A program made the translations under genes and the position numbers. Below the pieces are notes generated by a model. The model made no database searches. It saw nothing but the letters and a program-made list of their open reading frames with translations, and had not been told where the DNA came from. Of a DNA stretch of 64,000 nt, positions 27,961 to 40,640 are shown in pieces (the stretch's first letter is position 1; each line of letters starts with the position of its first letter). The DNA is from Eledone cirrhosa (lineage: Eukaryota): the NCBI GenBank assembly GCA_964016885.1, contig OZ024744.1, positions 98,270,001 through 98,334,000 of the forward strand, written 5' to 3'.

Positions 27961-28532
27961 GTCAGAGCACTCAAAGTCGATGGAAGCCTTGGAGTGGGAG
28001 ACCCAAGAAGACCTGGGATGAGGTGATAAAAGCTGACCTTGCTCAATTGCACCACTCAAGGCGATGACACAGGACCGTGACTTCTGACGACACGCACTGA
28101 TAGAGAGGACCCAACTTCCCACAGGTACAAACTGAAGCTGAAGCATATATACAGTATGTCCCCACCTCGTCCCACTGTAAAGTGGGCGTGGAGGTGTCAC
28201 AACAAAAAGCACCCAGTCCACACTGTATTGTGGCCATCTAGGTGTCACAGTAAAAAAAAATCACCCAGTACTCACTGTAAATGAGGTTGGTGTTAGGAAG
28301 GACATCACCCAGTCCATTCTGTAAATGAGGTTGGTGTTAGGAAGGGCATCACCCAGTCCACACTGTAAATGAGGTTGGTGTTAGGAAGGGCATCCAGCTG
28401 TAGAAATCAAGCCAAAACCAGTTCTGTATGAGCAAGACATGGTCACTTGACCTGGCATTTCCCACAACAGGAAAACCCATCTAAACCATGCTAGCGTGGA
28501 AGAATGGACGTAAAACGGTGATGATGATGATT
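27961..28532 (+). mobile_element. RTE 3' end plus module with two 48-bp units, three 44-bp units and a (GAT)n tail
   Basis: Encodes a decayed ...KTWDEVIKADLAQLH.... It is followed by cccactgtaaagtggg...aaaaagcacccagtccacactg, 3x cacccagtccacactgtaaatgaggttggtgttaggaagggcat, and the tail ccatgctagcgtggaagaatggacgtaaaacggtgatgatg. Confidence 0.88.
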
Positions 28533-28672
28533 GAGTAAGTACTGACTTGGCTTGTGACAGCCCACCTAACCCTTGACAACATGGAAGAACATACGTGAAG
28601 TAATGATGATATAGAGAGAGATTAAAAACAAAACTTATTCCAAATAAATGATTACAACAGTAATAAAGAGTA

Positions 28673-28864
28673 TTAACCATTTAGAATTTAAACCGGCCGT
28701 ATCTGCTCACCTCAATCTGTTCAAACCGGCTACTCATACTTATGTTAAGGTATTGTTCTCAAAATAATTATCAAAATCTCATAGATTTGATATTATGTGA
28801 AGTAAAGTGTTTACTGTGAAAATATAATAGTAAATATAGAGTAATGTAAATGCTGAAGGGTTAA
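28673..28864. mobile_element. piggyBac-type MITE (TTAA-flanked)
   Basis: ttaa-ccatttagaattta ... taaatgctgaaggg-ttaa; same family as 33645-33868. Confidence 0.75.
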
Positions 28865-29672
28865 TGTGGTTGGTGATGAGAAGGGTATCTAGCCATAGAG
28901 GACTCAACTGTGTCAATGAAATGACAACCTCCTTAGTGTTGGTGATCTATATAATAAACATGCCCAGTACACTCTGTAGGGTGGCTGGCGATCAGAAAGA
29001 CACCCAGCTATAGAAAATCTGCATCTGCCAAACACAGAATCAGGAGGACTCTACAGCTGTGTCAAAGGCATGACAGCTTCTCTAGTGTTTGTGCCATGAT
29101 GTAAGGCCATTGATAAAGTGCGTAAAAGTACGTAAGGGAAATCGGGGGGGGGGGGGGGGGGGGGCTGGCTCTTCTGAGCACATGGTAAAGTGCAGGATCA
29201 TACGTAAATACGTAAGCAAGATGTTGGTGCCTGGTCTGCATGATGATGATGATGATGATGATATAGAGAGATTAAAATCACAGCAATAGCTCCCCCCCCA
29301 CCCCCACCCCAGAAGCATAAATAGGGAAAATACCACCCCTGCCTATGGACCTAATAATTTATATAAATGGTTTAATGATCCAGCCATCATAGTGTTTCCC
29401 ACCCATGATAATCAGAAACAGATCATATATCTGAAGAAGTTTCTTTTTTCACTCTCCAACAAAAGTTTATCTGACTTTAATGGAAAGTGCTCCTAGTCGA
29501 AGTGGCACCCCTGCTTCAGGTACTATTCATGGCACATACCATGCTTACCATACGCCTCTAATTTATTCCAAATATAAAAACCACTTCTAATAAAATCAGA
29601 AATAATAATAATAACAGTATAAAAAGAAATATTAAAGTTTCTCCAGGACTATCTTATATATTACTGTCACTG

Positions 29673-29805
29673 GACAGAGTCCTCAAACACTCCTTCCAGC
29701 GGGTCCTGTCAGAAGTAACTGTCTCCAATTGATCTGGCTGGATCCCCAAGCATGACCAGCCAAGCTCATGGATGTTATCCAACTATATTGCTCGGGGGTC
29801 TCATC
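29673..29805 (-). mobile_element. Tailless RTE-like C-terminal fragment flanked by a 14-bp direct repeat
   Basis: Encodes LDNIHELGWSCLGIQPDQLETVTSDRTRWKECL. tattactgtcactg occurs at 29659-29672 and 29806-29819. Confidence 0.6.
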
Positions 29806-29840
29806 TATTACTGTCACTGTTAAGAGGCATCCTTTACATA

Positions 29841-30202
29841 ACCACTAGACCTTCTAGAAATAGTAGTTAAATCTACATTAACAATATAGTTCTGGTTATA
29901 CTAAAATAAACAGTATGGTCATGGTTGGAACGTCTACATGACCACTAGACATAGTCAAATCTCTATTGACAATATAGTCCTGGTTATACTAAAATAAACA
30001 GTATGGTCATGGTTGGAACGTCTACATGACCACTAGACATAGTTAAATCTCCATTGACAATATAGTCCTGGTTATACTAAAATAAACTGTATGGTCATGG
30101 TAGGAACGTCTACATGACCACTAGACATAGTTAAATCTCTATTAATAATTTAGGTATTGTTATACAAAATAAACTGTATAGTCACGGTTGGAACGTCTAC
30201 AT
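29841..30202. repeat. 88-bp tandem repeat, ~4 copies
   Basis: accactagacatag... recurs at 29941, 30029 and 30117. Confidence 0.9.
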
Positions 30203-31870
30203 CACAGGTTCTCAACCCATTTAGGCCTTTTGTCCCTTGAAATCACGAAATGCACCCCCTAACCTATTTTTCCATTTTTCAATATACTACTGATTTTGAT
30301 ATCAGTAGATTACTAAAAAAATTGATTAACAATATTCAGGCAGCTGAGAGTATAAATACATTCCTTGAAAGGAAATATATAAATTTCAAAAAAAAAAGGA
30401 ACATAAATGTTCTTTTTTATGAATAAGGACCAGTTGAATTTGTTATATTCCCAGCAGGCGATACCAGGTATTTTGAACATTTATACAAGAGCAACTCTGT
30501 CTATTCCAAGAGTGCCCTTATCTGGAAGAAAGTGGCAATTATATCATTTCAAAGCTTTCCAATTTTCCCTTTAATGAAATGGACAGAATAAATGTTGATA
30601 TCTAACTTGATGTCCCCTCTGCTTTGTGAGCTTAGAGACCACGGAAGAGGGTTTTCATGACCACGCGGGAGGGTATATTTATTAGTAAATGGTAAAATAT
30701 ATACAACAAATGAGTTAGTGAATTGTAGTAGATGGTTTCCAGTCCAGTCAGACTGCAAGTACAAATAAAAAAATTGTTAGTTTGCTTTGTAACAATAGCA
30801 TATCCAAGTTTTCGTTTAAATCAACTTACTTTAACTTTGACTCATTTCAATTGGACCCTTGAGCTTCATGGAGTCTAGCTAACTCTTTGACGTGAGGCTG
30901 ATCTTTTTTCGTAAGATGTAGCCAGAGATCCCCACGTGTAATTACATTGTAGCGGTTGCGAGCCTTACTGAGCAGTCTGGAAACAGCACCAAACCTCCTC
31001 TCGACTAAGTATGAGCTTGGAAAAGGCAGAGCAAATCTCTTAGCCTCTGCATGTAGGTGTAGAAATCAACGCTGAATTTCCTCTTGCATCCCAAAAATGG
31101 GTTCACCTATTTTGAGAAATCTAATTTTGATCATGTCATCTGCTTGAAGTTCAATGAATTCTTCCTGAAATTTAACGTCCAAATCGTCGATGTTAGCTAT
31201 GAAAGGATCTATCCACATTGGGATGTCCATCGGCAAAAGGTCAACAAACCGTTCTCATGTTGTCTTGTAGCACACGGAGGTGAGCGGTATAAATTTGGAG
31301 TTGGTCATCGCTTACAATGTTTTGAACATTGGCGACACTAGGAAAATTATAGAATTCCCGTCAACAAAGATTCCTTTCAATGACATTCAATTTGACCAGG
31401 AATGTTTTCACAGCATTCCTTGCTTTAAGCAAGGTGATCTTCTTCCCCTGCAAAGCCAAAATGACACTATTGCATTTGTCGAAGATGTCAGCGAGGTAGT
31501 CTTGCCTCACATCAAGGGTTTCCTTGTACAGTTCTGTGTTGCGTCCTCGCAGAAACTCAATGATAGAGTCAAAGAAGTGAGTAAAGCACTTGCCCTTTGA
31601 AAGCCACCTCACTTCAGTATGAAGGAGCAACTTGATGAATTCTTCGTCATTATCTTGGCACAGTTGCTGGGAAATTCGTTCATTGAGGGAATGCCGTTTG
31701 ATAAAATTGATGACATCAATGGCCACCTGCAAGGACTTGCTCAGCCAAGGACTTTCGCAGCCAAGTGTTGTTGATGAATATGACAATGAACAGCAAATAC
31801 AGATAGATTTTCTCTCTTCAGAAGAGTGATGAAGCTCTTATGTTGGCCGACCATTGCTTCTGCGTCGTCC
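30203..31870 (-). mobile_element. hAT (Buster/Charlie-like) transposon remnant with decayed transposase
   Basis: Minus-strand motifs DDAEAMVG...HCHIHQQHLAAK, LLLHTEVRWLSKG and FPSSYLVERRFGAV...RGDL...HEAQGSN* (stop ~30847). A TIR-like cacaggttctcaac at 30203 is preceded by the 8-bp nnnTAnnn site gtctacat. The 5' half is missing. Confidence 0.88.
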
Positions 31871-32050
31871 GATGTTTATATTACCTGATTATGTGTTGTA
31901 TGTGGTCCTAGATGTTTGTATTACCTCCTTATGTGTTGCATGTGGTCCTAGATGTATGTATTACCTGCTTATGTGTTGTATGTGGTCTTAGATGCGTGTA
32001 TTACCTGCTTATGTGTTGTATGTGGTCCTAGATGTGTGTGCTACCCGCTT
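31871..32050. repeat. 40-bp minisatellite, ~4.5 copies, truncating the hAT transposase
   Basis: gatgtttgtattacctgcttatgtgttgtatgtggtccta at 31871, 31911, 31951 and 31991. Confidence 0.9.
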
Positions 32051-33227
32051 CTGTGTTTTCTTTCTTTTTTTTTTTATTTGTAATATTTATACAATAGGGA
32101 ATAAAATAGATCTACATTCTAACTGGCTGCGCTCAAAGTGTCCTTTGACCCAGATGACTGTGGGTTTTTTCATTTTTAAGATCTCAATTACCGGTTAATG
32201 TCTAGACACGCCTGCACACCAGCGGTCAGACTATAGTTATGCAGTCTGCAAGCTCATTCAAATGCATTCACACTGGCTGTCTCAAAGACATACAAATATG
32301 GCTTATAAAACTTACCAAAGTAAAGAGTCTTCCAGAGCCCCCTCGCCTTATGGCAGCTTCAGAAACAAAAAAAAAAAAAAAAAAATCCGATATGGTAATA
32401 TTATAAAAGTTCAATCAGACGGGAGGATGTTAATCTCTTTGTTAGTGTCTGTGTGTGTTTCGATTAATCTTGAAAACAATCAAGAATTTAATAGGATTTA
32501 GTAAAATAACTGTCAATGTAAAGCTAATGTTTTCAACATATCTTAAGTAAATGTTCTTATATAAAATTATAATGAAAGGTTTCACTCTTGATATGAAACC
32601 ACACCTGGTTCTACAATACAAAACTGTTTTAAATTATTTATATTTATTTAAAACTCATCCATCATAATTCTACGTAAGAACTTTTGTTAAGTTATGTTCC
32701 ATACACCAGCTTAATAATGAGAAAGTTAAGATATATTACTAAATACCTCAAAATCTTTGATTAATTTCTAAATTATAGGGAGTATCTTACACTAGAAATA
32801 CAGTAATGAAAGGTTTAGATTCAGATATGAACACTTTAAAATTGGAAGTTTTATATAATAGATGCAGGATCAGCCTGAAGTAGGTTGATGTCAAAAGGGT
32901 TGATGTAGTAAAACAGGTAATGACCCCCTTCAGTCACAAATGAGATTTGCACCAGCCCAAGCAAGGTGTTTTTGAGGAAGACCCACAGTTGCCCATGCAT
33001 GTCAGTCTCCCGTCTTCATACCACTGATGATGTCCTATCAAAGAAATAGCCATGTCACAAGATATTGGATGTTTCAGAAAAATATCCAAGTCCTTTTAAC
33101 ATCTTGCAATGATCTAGCAAAAAATATCTAAAAATGTATTTGTTAATTCAAATGTTTATACTATCATTACTACTGAACATGTCATTGTGAAAGTTTGCAG
33201 TAAACTAAAGTAAAGAGTTTAATTTTT

Positions 33228-33482
33228 AATGTGATACAGTCGTAGTGCTGTTTTGTACTTTTCAAGAATGTCTTGTTAATGTGGTTTCCTGTGGTACAGG
33301 ATGTTAAGAGTTAATGTGATACAGTCATACTACTGTTTTGTACTTTTCAAGAATGTCTTGTTAATGTGGTTTCATGTGGTACAGGATGTTAAGAGTTAAT
33401 ATGATAGTCATAGTACTGTTTTGTACTTTTCAACAATGTCTTGCTAATGTGGTTTAATGTGGTACAGGATGTTAAGAGTTAA
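33228..33482. repeat. 85-bp tandem repeat, 3 copies
   Basis: aatgtgatacagtc...ggtacaggatgttaagagtt at 33228, 33313 and 33398. Confidence 0.88.
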
Positions 33483-33644
33483 TTTATTTTGTAAGACATG
33501 CAAGCTCAAAGAACAGAATCAGTTTTCTATCAAGAACAAAATTGAAAAATAAAATAAGATCAAGAGGTTTAACTTCTAAGTCGTACATTCTATATCTTAG
33601 TTTAAAATGTCTTTAGTTTTTAAAATGGAAAATAGTAAGATGGT

Positions 33645-33868
33645 TTAACCCTGTAGCATTTAAACCGGCCATATCAGGCCAGAATTCTTTCACCACTTTC
33701 TGTTCAAATTGGCCGTAACTGGTCACTCATACTGACATTAAGGTATTATTCTCAAATAAATAATATCAAAATCTCATAGATTCAATATTATATGAAGTAA
33801 AGCTTTTACCACACACACACACGCAAATAAAAAGTATATATAGAGCAATGTAAATGCTAAAGGGTTAA
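33645..33868. mobile_element. piggyBac-type MITE
   Basis: TTAA + ccctgtagcattta ... taaatgctaaaggg + TTAA (CCC/GGG termini, TTAA TSD). Further copies at 34489-34686 and 45358-45562. Confidence 0.82.
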
Positions 33869-34282
33869 TACAATATATTGTCAAAGATCTACCAACAATA
33901 AACAAGATCTTTCACTACATGGAGTCTATGAAAAGATTCAACAAAAACTTAGCTGCCCTTGTTTTCCCCTTTTTTCATCTTATTCATACTTCTTTTGCCT
34001 TTCATTTGCTTTCCCCATTTTTTATCCCTCTATCTTGTTTTTGTTTCTTAGCTGTAAGGGGTAAAAGATACCTCTCCTCGTCTGTCATGCCTTACTACCT
34101 CTATACAGACGTTTAAATGGATTAAACATCAAATAAATAAATATGATGACTTCTAATACATTTTGAAAAAGTATTCTAAAGTTATAAAGCTCCAAACATG
34201 CAGATTGACAAAGGATGCACAAAATTGCATCAACTTAAAAAAGTAAAACATTTTACTTTCAAATGACGAAATCAACATATTT

Positions 34283-34480
34283 TTCGGTGGAGCGTTGGGC
34301 AACATGCTATATGGCATAGAATTACGGCCCTTTACAATCTGAGTTCAAATCCTACTGAGGTTAGCTTTACCTTTCATCCTTACGGGGTCGATAAAATAAA
34401 GTACCAGTAATGCACTTGGTCAATTTAATCAACTTTCCCTTTCCCCAAAATTGTTGGCCTTGTGCCTAAATAAGAAACTA
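34283..34480 (+). mobile_element. tRNA-derived SINE (same family as 46088-46280)
   Basis: gagttcaaatcc B box plus cctttcatccttacggggtcgataaaataaagtaccag core. Confidence 0.85.
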
Positions 34481-35665
34481 ATATATTTTTAACACTTTAG
34501 CATTTAAACTGGCCACACCTGGCCAGAATTCTCTCACTTCTTTCTTTTCAAACCAGCCATAACTGGCCACTAATACTAATGTTAAGGTAATGTTCTCAAA
34601 ATAAATATCAAAATCTCATAGCTTCAATAATCATGTGAGATAAAGCCTTTACCACAAAAATACAATAGTATATGGTAAAGGGTTAAATAATGAATTACAG
34701 ATCTAGAGATTTTAATGACATCAGGGATTTTTCAGAAAAGAAACAAAACTATCAATGCTTGGTCATTTACAGGATATCATCTTAAGTTTCTGAAGTAAAC
34801 CAGATATCTATGAATCAAGATTATTTTACCACAATTAATTAACAAAAAAAAAAATATCAAATTCCTTTAAAAAAAATATATAAAAAATAGGACAACTAAA
34901 AAAATGATTGTATTATTTTAATCTTCATATAATACCCAGTGACATATTTGTGTAGTAATATCACCTTCAAAATCTATTCTTTAAAAAAAAAATTATCTAG
35001 ACTTGGAATCAAATTAGCAAGAAAATCATGGAAAACCAAAATGTACAGAAAATTAAGATTAAGTACTGTATATTTCATGAAACGGATAAATAAAGATATA
35101 TATACACCTAAGGCATACATAAAAGCTATATAAACAACTGAGAAACTATATCATGAAAAAACATCTTTAACAATATATTTGCTTATCATTACAATTAACG
35201 TTATTTTTTAACAAATAATCCTTGAAACCATTTCATAGTGGTTTGGTGATTAGTAACACACCAAATTATGATTAAACAAAGGTAGAGAGATAGCTCTGCT
35301 TAACTATAAGCATTAAACAGAAATTATAACTAAAATACAACGATAGAGAAAAGAAACTTATTCCATAATATATAATTGTAAACATAAATTTAATAGTACT
35401 AAACTAAAACTATGTATATTTATTATAATTTACACAAAACTTTAAGTTAATTAAACTCAGCATTACAACAGATTTTTATAGCATGTATAGAGCTAGAGAG
35501 TAAAGTGATGGACGCTGATAGACGCTGAGAATTATATAAACATATATACTTATATACATACAATAGAAATGATTTAAATTTTTATTTCTTGGACACAGAC
35601 AATGATAATAGAGTGAAAGGAAGAAAGTGCTGGTTATATAGCACAAAACAACCTTTGTAATATCA

Positions 35666-36283
35666 TCAGTTACAACAACCAGTGGACTGAGATTCTTTCT
35701 TCTTGTTCAAGTCAACTGTATTTCCATGGGAGGGCTTTACTTCAGCACATTTATCTTCAAGGTCTTTTAATCGCTTCACAGCAGCTGTGAATGCAACTTC
35801 AACATTAGTCGAATCTTTTGCGCTGGTCTCAAAATAAGGGACATGACCATTTTTCTCACACCATTCACAGGCGGTATTATAAGAAACCTGCCGTTGTCCA
35901 ACGTCAATTTTGTTGCCAATTACTACAAAAGGAAATGTGCTTTCATCATTAATATCAGCATAATAGAGAAATTCTTTCTTCCACATTGAAACGTTTTCAA
36001 AGCTTTTTACATTATCAACAGCATATGTCAGCAGACAACAATCAGCACCACGATAAAATGGTGTCCGTAAGCTTTTAAATCTTTCTTGACCAGCAGTATC
36101 CCAAATTTGCATGGTGTAACTTTCTGAACCAATTGAGATCTCTTTATTTAGAAATTCTACGCCAATAGTATGGAATGACTGAGTATCAAATTTGTTGCTC
36201 ACAAAACGGTTCATCAAGGAACTTTTACCAACACCTCCATCTCCAAGCAAAACTACTTTCAATAGTTTTGATTTAGATCCCAT
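35666..36283 (-). CDS. RAB9: Ras-related protein Rab-9, 205 aa, single coding exon
   Basis: Intact motifs: MGSKSKLLKVVLLGDGGVGKSS (G1), FHTIGVEF (Rab9 effector loop), WDTAGQERFKSLRTPFYRG, GNKID, ETSAK and a C-terminal CCN prenylation motif. The ATG at 36283 is immediately preceded by ttttcag (acceptor-like), so the ORF-track extension to 36391 is most likely intronic. Confidence 0.97.
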   Translation of the reverse strand: MGSKSKLLKVVLLGDGGVGKSSLMNRFVSNKFDTQSFHTIGVEFLNKEISIGSESYTMQIWDTAGQERFKSLRTPFYRGADCCLLTYAVDNVKSFENVSMWKKEFLYYADINDESTFPFVVIGNKIDVGQRQVSYNTACEWCEKNGHVPYFETSAKDSTNVEVAFTAAVKRLKDLEDKCAEVKPSHGNTVDLNKKKESQSTGCCN

Positions 36284-39282
36284 CTGAAAATATAAAACAA
36301 AAATATGTATTAACTTAGTTGTAAGTGTGTGTATGTGTATGTTTTTGTGTGTGTGACTTGCTTCACTTATAAAATAAAGGGAAAACTGCAATCAACATTA
36401 ATTTTTACAATTTAATATTTAAGAAACAGGATGAAAATTAGCTTCAAATAAAGCTAAAAAAAGGTTGATATTTAAGAAAAAAAGACTGTTTGTTTGTAAT
36501 ACAAATTGCAGCAAAACATTTAAAATAAGACTAAAGAAATGAGTTTCCATAGTACTATTTGTTACAACTCAAGAGGTAATACAGTGAGCTATCTGTGGGG
36601 TTCAAGACATTTGCTGGAACTGGGCCACTGACAATGAAGTTCTTATTGGTGGCTCATCAACCTGATGTATCAGGTGATATCTGTGAGGGTGCCTAGTTGT
36701 TTCAACACCTTAGCCTCACCATCACCCGGCCTTACTGAGGTGTCAGGTGATGTCTGTGAAGGTGCTTGGCTGTTCCAGGCCGTAGCCTCGCCATCACCCA
36801 GTCGTACTGAGGTGTCAGAAAAATATCATGAAAATATCATGTAGCTAGATGGGAAGCTAGAGGGCAGGTTTATAGGGCACATAGAGAAGATGAAAGCATG
36901 AGGTTTACCAATGTTCAATGATGTGAAGATCAGAGGTGTGAAGTGTTCTGGATTGTAAGATAATTATTGTAAGACATTATTGAGGAAAAGTTTTTCAGGA
37001 ATGACTAGTGCACTTACTCAGATGAAAGAGGCATGAAAATGTTATTACGAGAGGTTATTAAATGTGAAAAGAAGTGTGACATGCCCCCACCCACCCCTCC
37101 AGTATACTCAACAGAAGGGCCAGCTATTGAAGTTGACAGATATATATATGGTTAAAGGGGGTCATCGAGGATATGTAGAAAGGAAAATCTGCTGAGTCAT
37201 CTGGGATAGTCACAAGGAGGTGCTGAAAATATCTTCTGCTACAAGGGCAAAGAGGATGTTCTAGAAAGGAGCAATTCATCTCATCTCATCTCAGTCAATC
37301 TCCTGATTGTACTAGAGAAATTAACTCAGGCCAGAAATTTTGCTCCACCTTTGGTGGTGTTAAGAGCCATCCATAACAAGTAGGGGGTACATTCTGTCCA
37401 GCTGATTTTCAATCCTCCATATGAGTGTTCATGTCTCACAGCCATATAACAAGTAAGATTCAACCGTTGATAAAAGGTGTCTGGTTTTAATATTCTTCTT
37501 CAAGTGGGACTTCCAGATCTTTGATAATTTATGACATATTTTCTATATTATTGCCTTTCTTTTGTTGATATATTTTTTTTCTGAGCTAGCTATCCAAGTT
37601 CAAATGATATTTGAAATTGTTAACAACTTAGTTGCTGTCCAGATGTTTAGTTTATGATCACTGAGTCTGTATGATTTAATTATATAAACTATTTTTCTAG
37701 TATTGATGAATAGACCAGCTTCCTCAGTTTCCTTCTCTGCTCTTTCTAGTAGCTCTTGTCCTTGATGTACATCTTCTCACAGCAAAGCAATGCCATTAGC
37801 ATACATTATGACAAGAACAATATAAGGAGTTAGCTCTAAGGTAACATTTCTGGTGGCAGCAATTTTGACATTGATCAGTAACCCTAAGCTTTTTTAAAAA
37901 TAAAGTATGTGGATGTTTTCTGAATGGGTTGATCATATGTGGGTTGCATTTAGTTAATGTTGGGATTCCATCAACTCCATGAAAGCTACTCTCAAGATAG
38001 AATCCAATTTAATTACTAATTTTTGTTGAATCATTTGTCCCTTCTCCTTCCCCATCATACTGACATCAAAAGGATATTAGTGTTGAAACTTTATAAAATA
38101 GATGAAATGGCAAAAATAATCATTATGTAATGTAGTTGTGAAACAAAAACTATATTCTAAATAACACTTAAAACATTTTAAATATCAAAATATAAAAACT
38201 TCATAAATATATACTATACTCATGAGAATTTCAAAACCTTGCCATCATAATTTGTTAATTAGCTGCCTCAACTTATACACAAGTTTTGGATTTTTGCCCA
38301 TTTCTCAGACTTAAAATAGGGGAGTTGGATTATATTCAAGAACTAGCAGAATAGCAGTTGTGTATACCATTTATGTCAATACTTCAGTGCTGCTTCGAAA
38401 ACTATACTTTTACAAAATCATCGGCTTTTTCCAAAAGGGGGTTCCGGCCCCCAGGGGTCCCCTACTCAATATGTGCCAATTCTGAGAGTTCACATTCATC
38501 TGTAGGATAAACGTAGCCCATGTGACAAGTTTTGTGAAAATCGGTTGCGAACTCCAGAAGTTATGGCGTTTTGTTGCATTGCACTGCAGTGCTTCAGTCG
38601 ACTCCAAGGAAGTGGTTAAAGGGGGTTATCTGCCGGGAGGCCCTATATTTGGAAAGTCAACCCAACCACATCCGACCACTTCAAATTTATATAGTAGATA
38701 TACGGTATATAAGAATGTATGTCTGTATGAATATGGCTGAGATTTCATATAGGGACACATCATTTCAAGGAAAAGGCCATAGCCTATATGAATTTCAAAA
38801 AACAGTAGAAATATGTTACTTTTAGATCCTAACAAAAATCTAAGAATATTGCATTGTGCCAAACCCTGCAATAGATATTGGATTAGAAAAATGATTGATT
38901 TCAAGTAATTATATAAATTATTAGTACAGTACATTGAGATAAAAGGTTTGTTCCTAGAACATAAATCTACAAGAGTTTAATTTTATTTTAAGGTGTGTGA
39001 GTGCGTATGTGTGTGCGTGCACGCATATTTATGAAGCTCAAATTGAACAATCTTCAGAATTGCTTGTTGCTTGGATACAACAATTCTGAGTCAATGAATA
39101 TTTTTAGAGCAACTAACTAACAAATGGTTTATCACTCTACACGGCTGAATACAATAAATGTAATCTGAGTTTTTCGAATATTAATATTTGATTCGTTTGC
39201 AATTATGCAAACAGCCTCTTTTATAAACCATGTCAGTAAAATGACCCCGTCGTTCTTGTCCTTGTATTGGCATGTAAACAGA

Positions 39283-39329
39283 ACTGCAGACACTAATGTT
39301 TCTATGTGATTACCCTTCATCAGTGCAGT
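39283..39329 (-). ncRNA. Minimal type-I hammerhead ribozyme motif (stem II degenerate)
   Basis: Minus strand reads actgca-CTGATGA-agggtaatcacata-GAAA-cattagtg-TC-tgcagt: perfect 6-bp stem I, intact core, near-palindromic stem III and a GUC cleavage triplet. Confidence 0.7.
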
Positions 39330-40284
39330 ATACAGCTTACCTGCCAACTGTCAGAGCTTGTGAAAATATATGATATTTTCTAAAATATACAGTGACTGAT
39401 CAGCTTGATTTGCATATTATGTTACACTTTACGAAGATGGCGTTAACATTATATATACTTGCAGATAAACCATAGGGCTTGAAAAAAAACGCCTGCAACT
39501 TATCTACTAAACTTTGTTCTGGGCTTGAAATTTACAGTATGCACTAAAACACTTACACACACCAACAAATGATTGAGTATATCTAATCATGTCACTATAC
39601 TGTCTATATAAATATGAATGTAAAGAAACACAGGTTGATGAAATCACTTACAAAAACTAACATTTATGGAGAATTTGATTTTGATACAAAACAAGGGCAA
39701 CTGCAAGGAATATAACACCAGTTATTACAATTATATCTGTCTATGTTTTTTGCCTGTAAATGGACAAATTTCTTGGCAGAAGCATTGAAAACATTCATTG
39801 TACTTCCGGTAGAAAAAAAAATGTAACTAAAAACTAAACCATGAACAATAAAGGTGAAAGATCAAACTATGAGACTGGTTTTAATTTGTGTATTATTGAA
39901 TAGAATAAAGGGGATGGAAATTATGATGTTGATACAGAGTTAGTAAGGGGCAGGTGGAAACCAAACAAAAAGCATCCAAGAAAATGCCCCACCCACCCCC
40001 AAAAAAAGAAAAAGGCTAAACTGTCTCTTCTTATGAAGATTTATAAAGTTGAGCAAGTGATTTACGCATGCCTGAATAAATCTGCTGTCACTTGCAGAGG
40101 TATCAGAACAAAAGTTCATATATAGCTTACAGCTATTCATGGACAGAAGTAAATATTATATTACTGAAATGTTCTACATTTCAAATAAGAAGTATATAAG
40201 ATTCCTGAACTACTGATCTTATGAACCAGTAGTGTTATGATAACCTAGGAAACCATTCTGTGGTTATAAATGTATTATTTTTCA

Positions 40285-40640
40285 TCATGATTTAACGTCC
40301 ATCTTCCCTGCAAGCAAGGGTTTGGTCTTTGAAGATCTTCAGACCTTCATCTCACATACATACATTCCTGTTCTCCACCAGTCTGTTTATCATGGCACCA
40401 GCACTAAGGAAGTTGCTATGCTTTTGACACAGCTGAAGAGTGTTTCCAACCCTTTGTTTGGCAGGTGGATGCCTTCCTATCACCAACCACTTTACAGGGT
40501 GTATTGGGTGTGTTTATTGTGGTACCAACACTACAGAAGTTGCCATATCTTTGACACAACTGAAGTCCTCCTGACCTTTTGTTTGGCAGGTTTTCTACAG
40601 TTTGGTACCTTTCCTATCACCAACCACTTTACAGAGTGTA
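40285..40640 (-). mobile_element. SINE 3' module with internal duplication and RTE-type tail
   Basis: tttaacgtccatcttccctgcaagc tail, then 2x ttcctatcaccaaccactttacag units. Confidence 0.7.

Noticed and set aside
29143-29164. Poly-G run inside short Gly/Asp-rich ORFs (29089-29289, 29082-29336)
   Set aside because: The ORFs are translations of a homopolymer and (GAT)n, with no recognisable protein signal.
33015-33060. ctgatga...gaaa spacing
   Set aside because: No complementary stems I-III around the core.
36284-36391. 36-aa N-terminal extension of Rab9 in the ORF track
   Set aside because: It has a non-ATG start, is low complexity and ends in an acceptor-like ttttcag. Rab9 homology begins at MGSKS.
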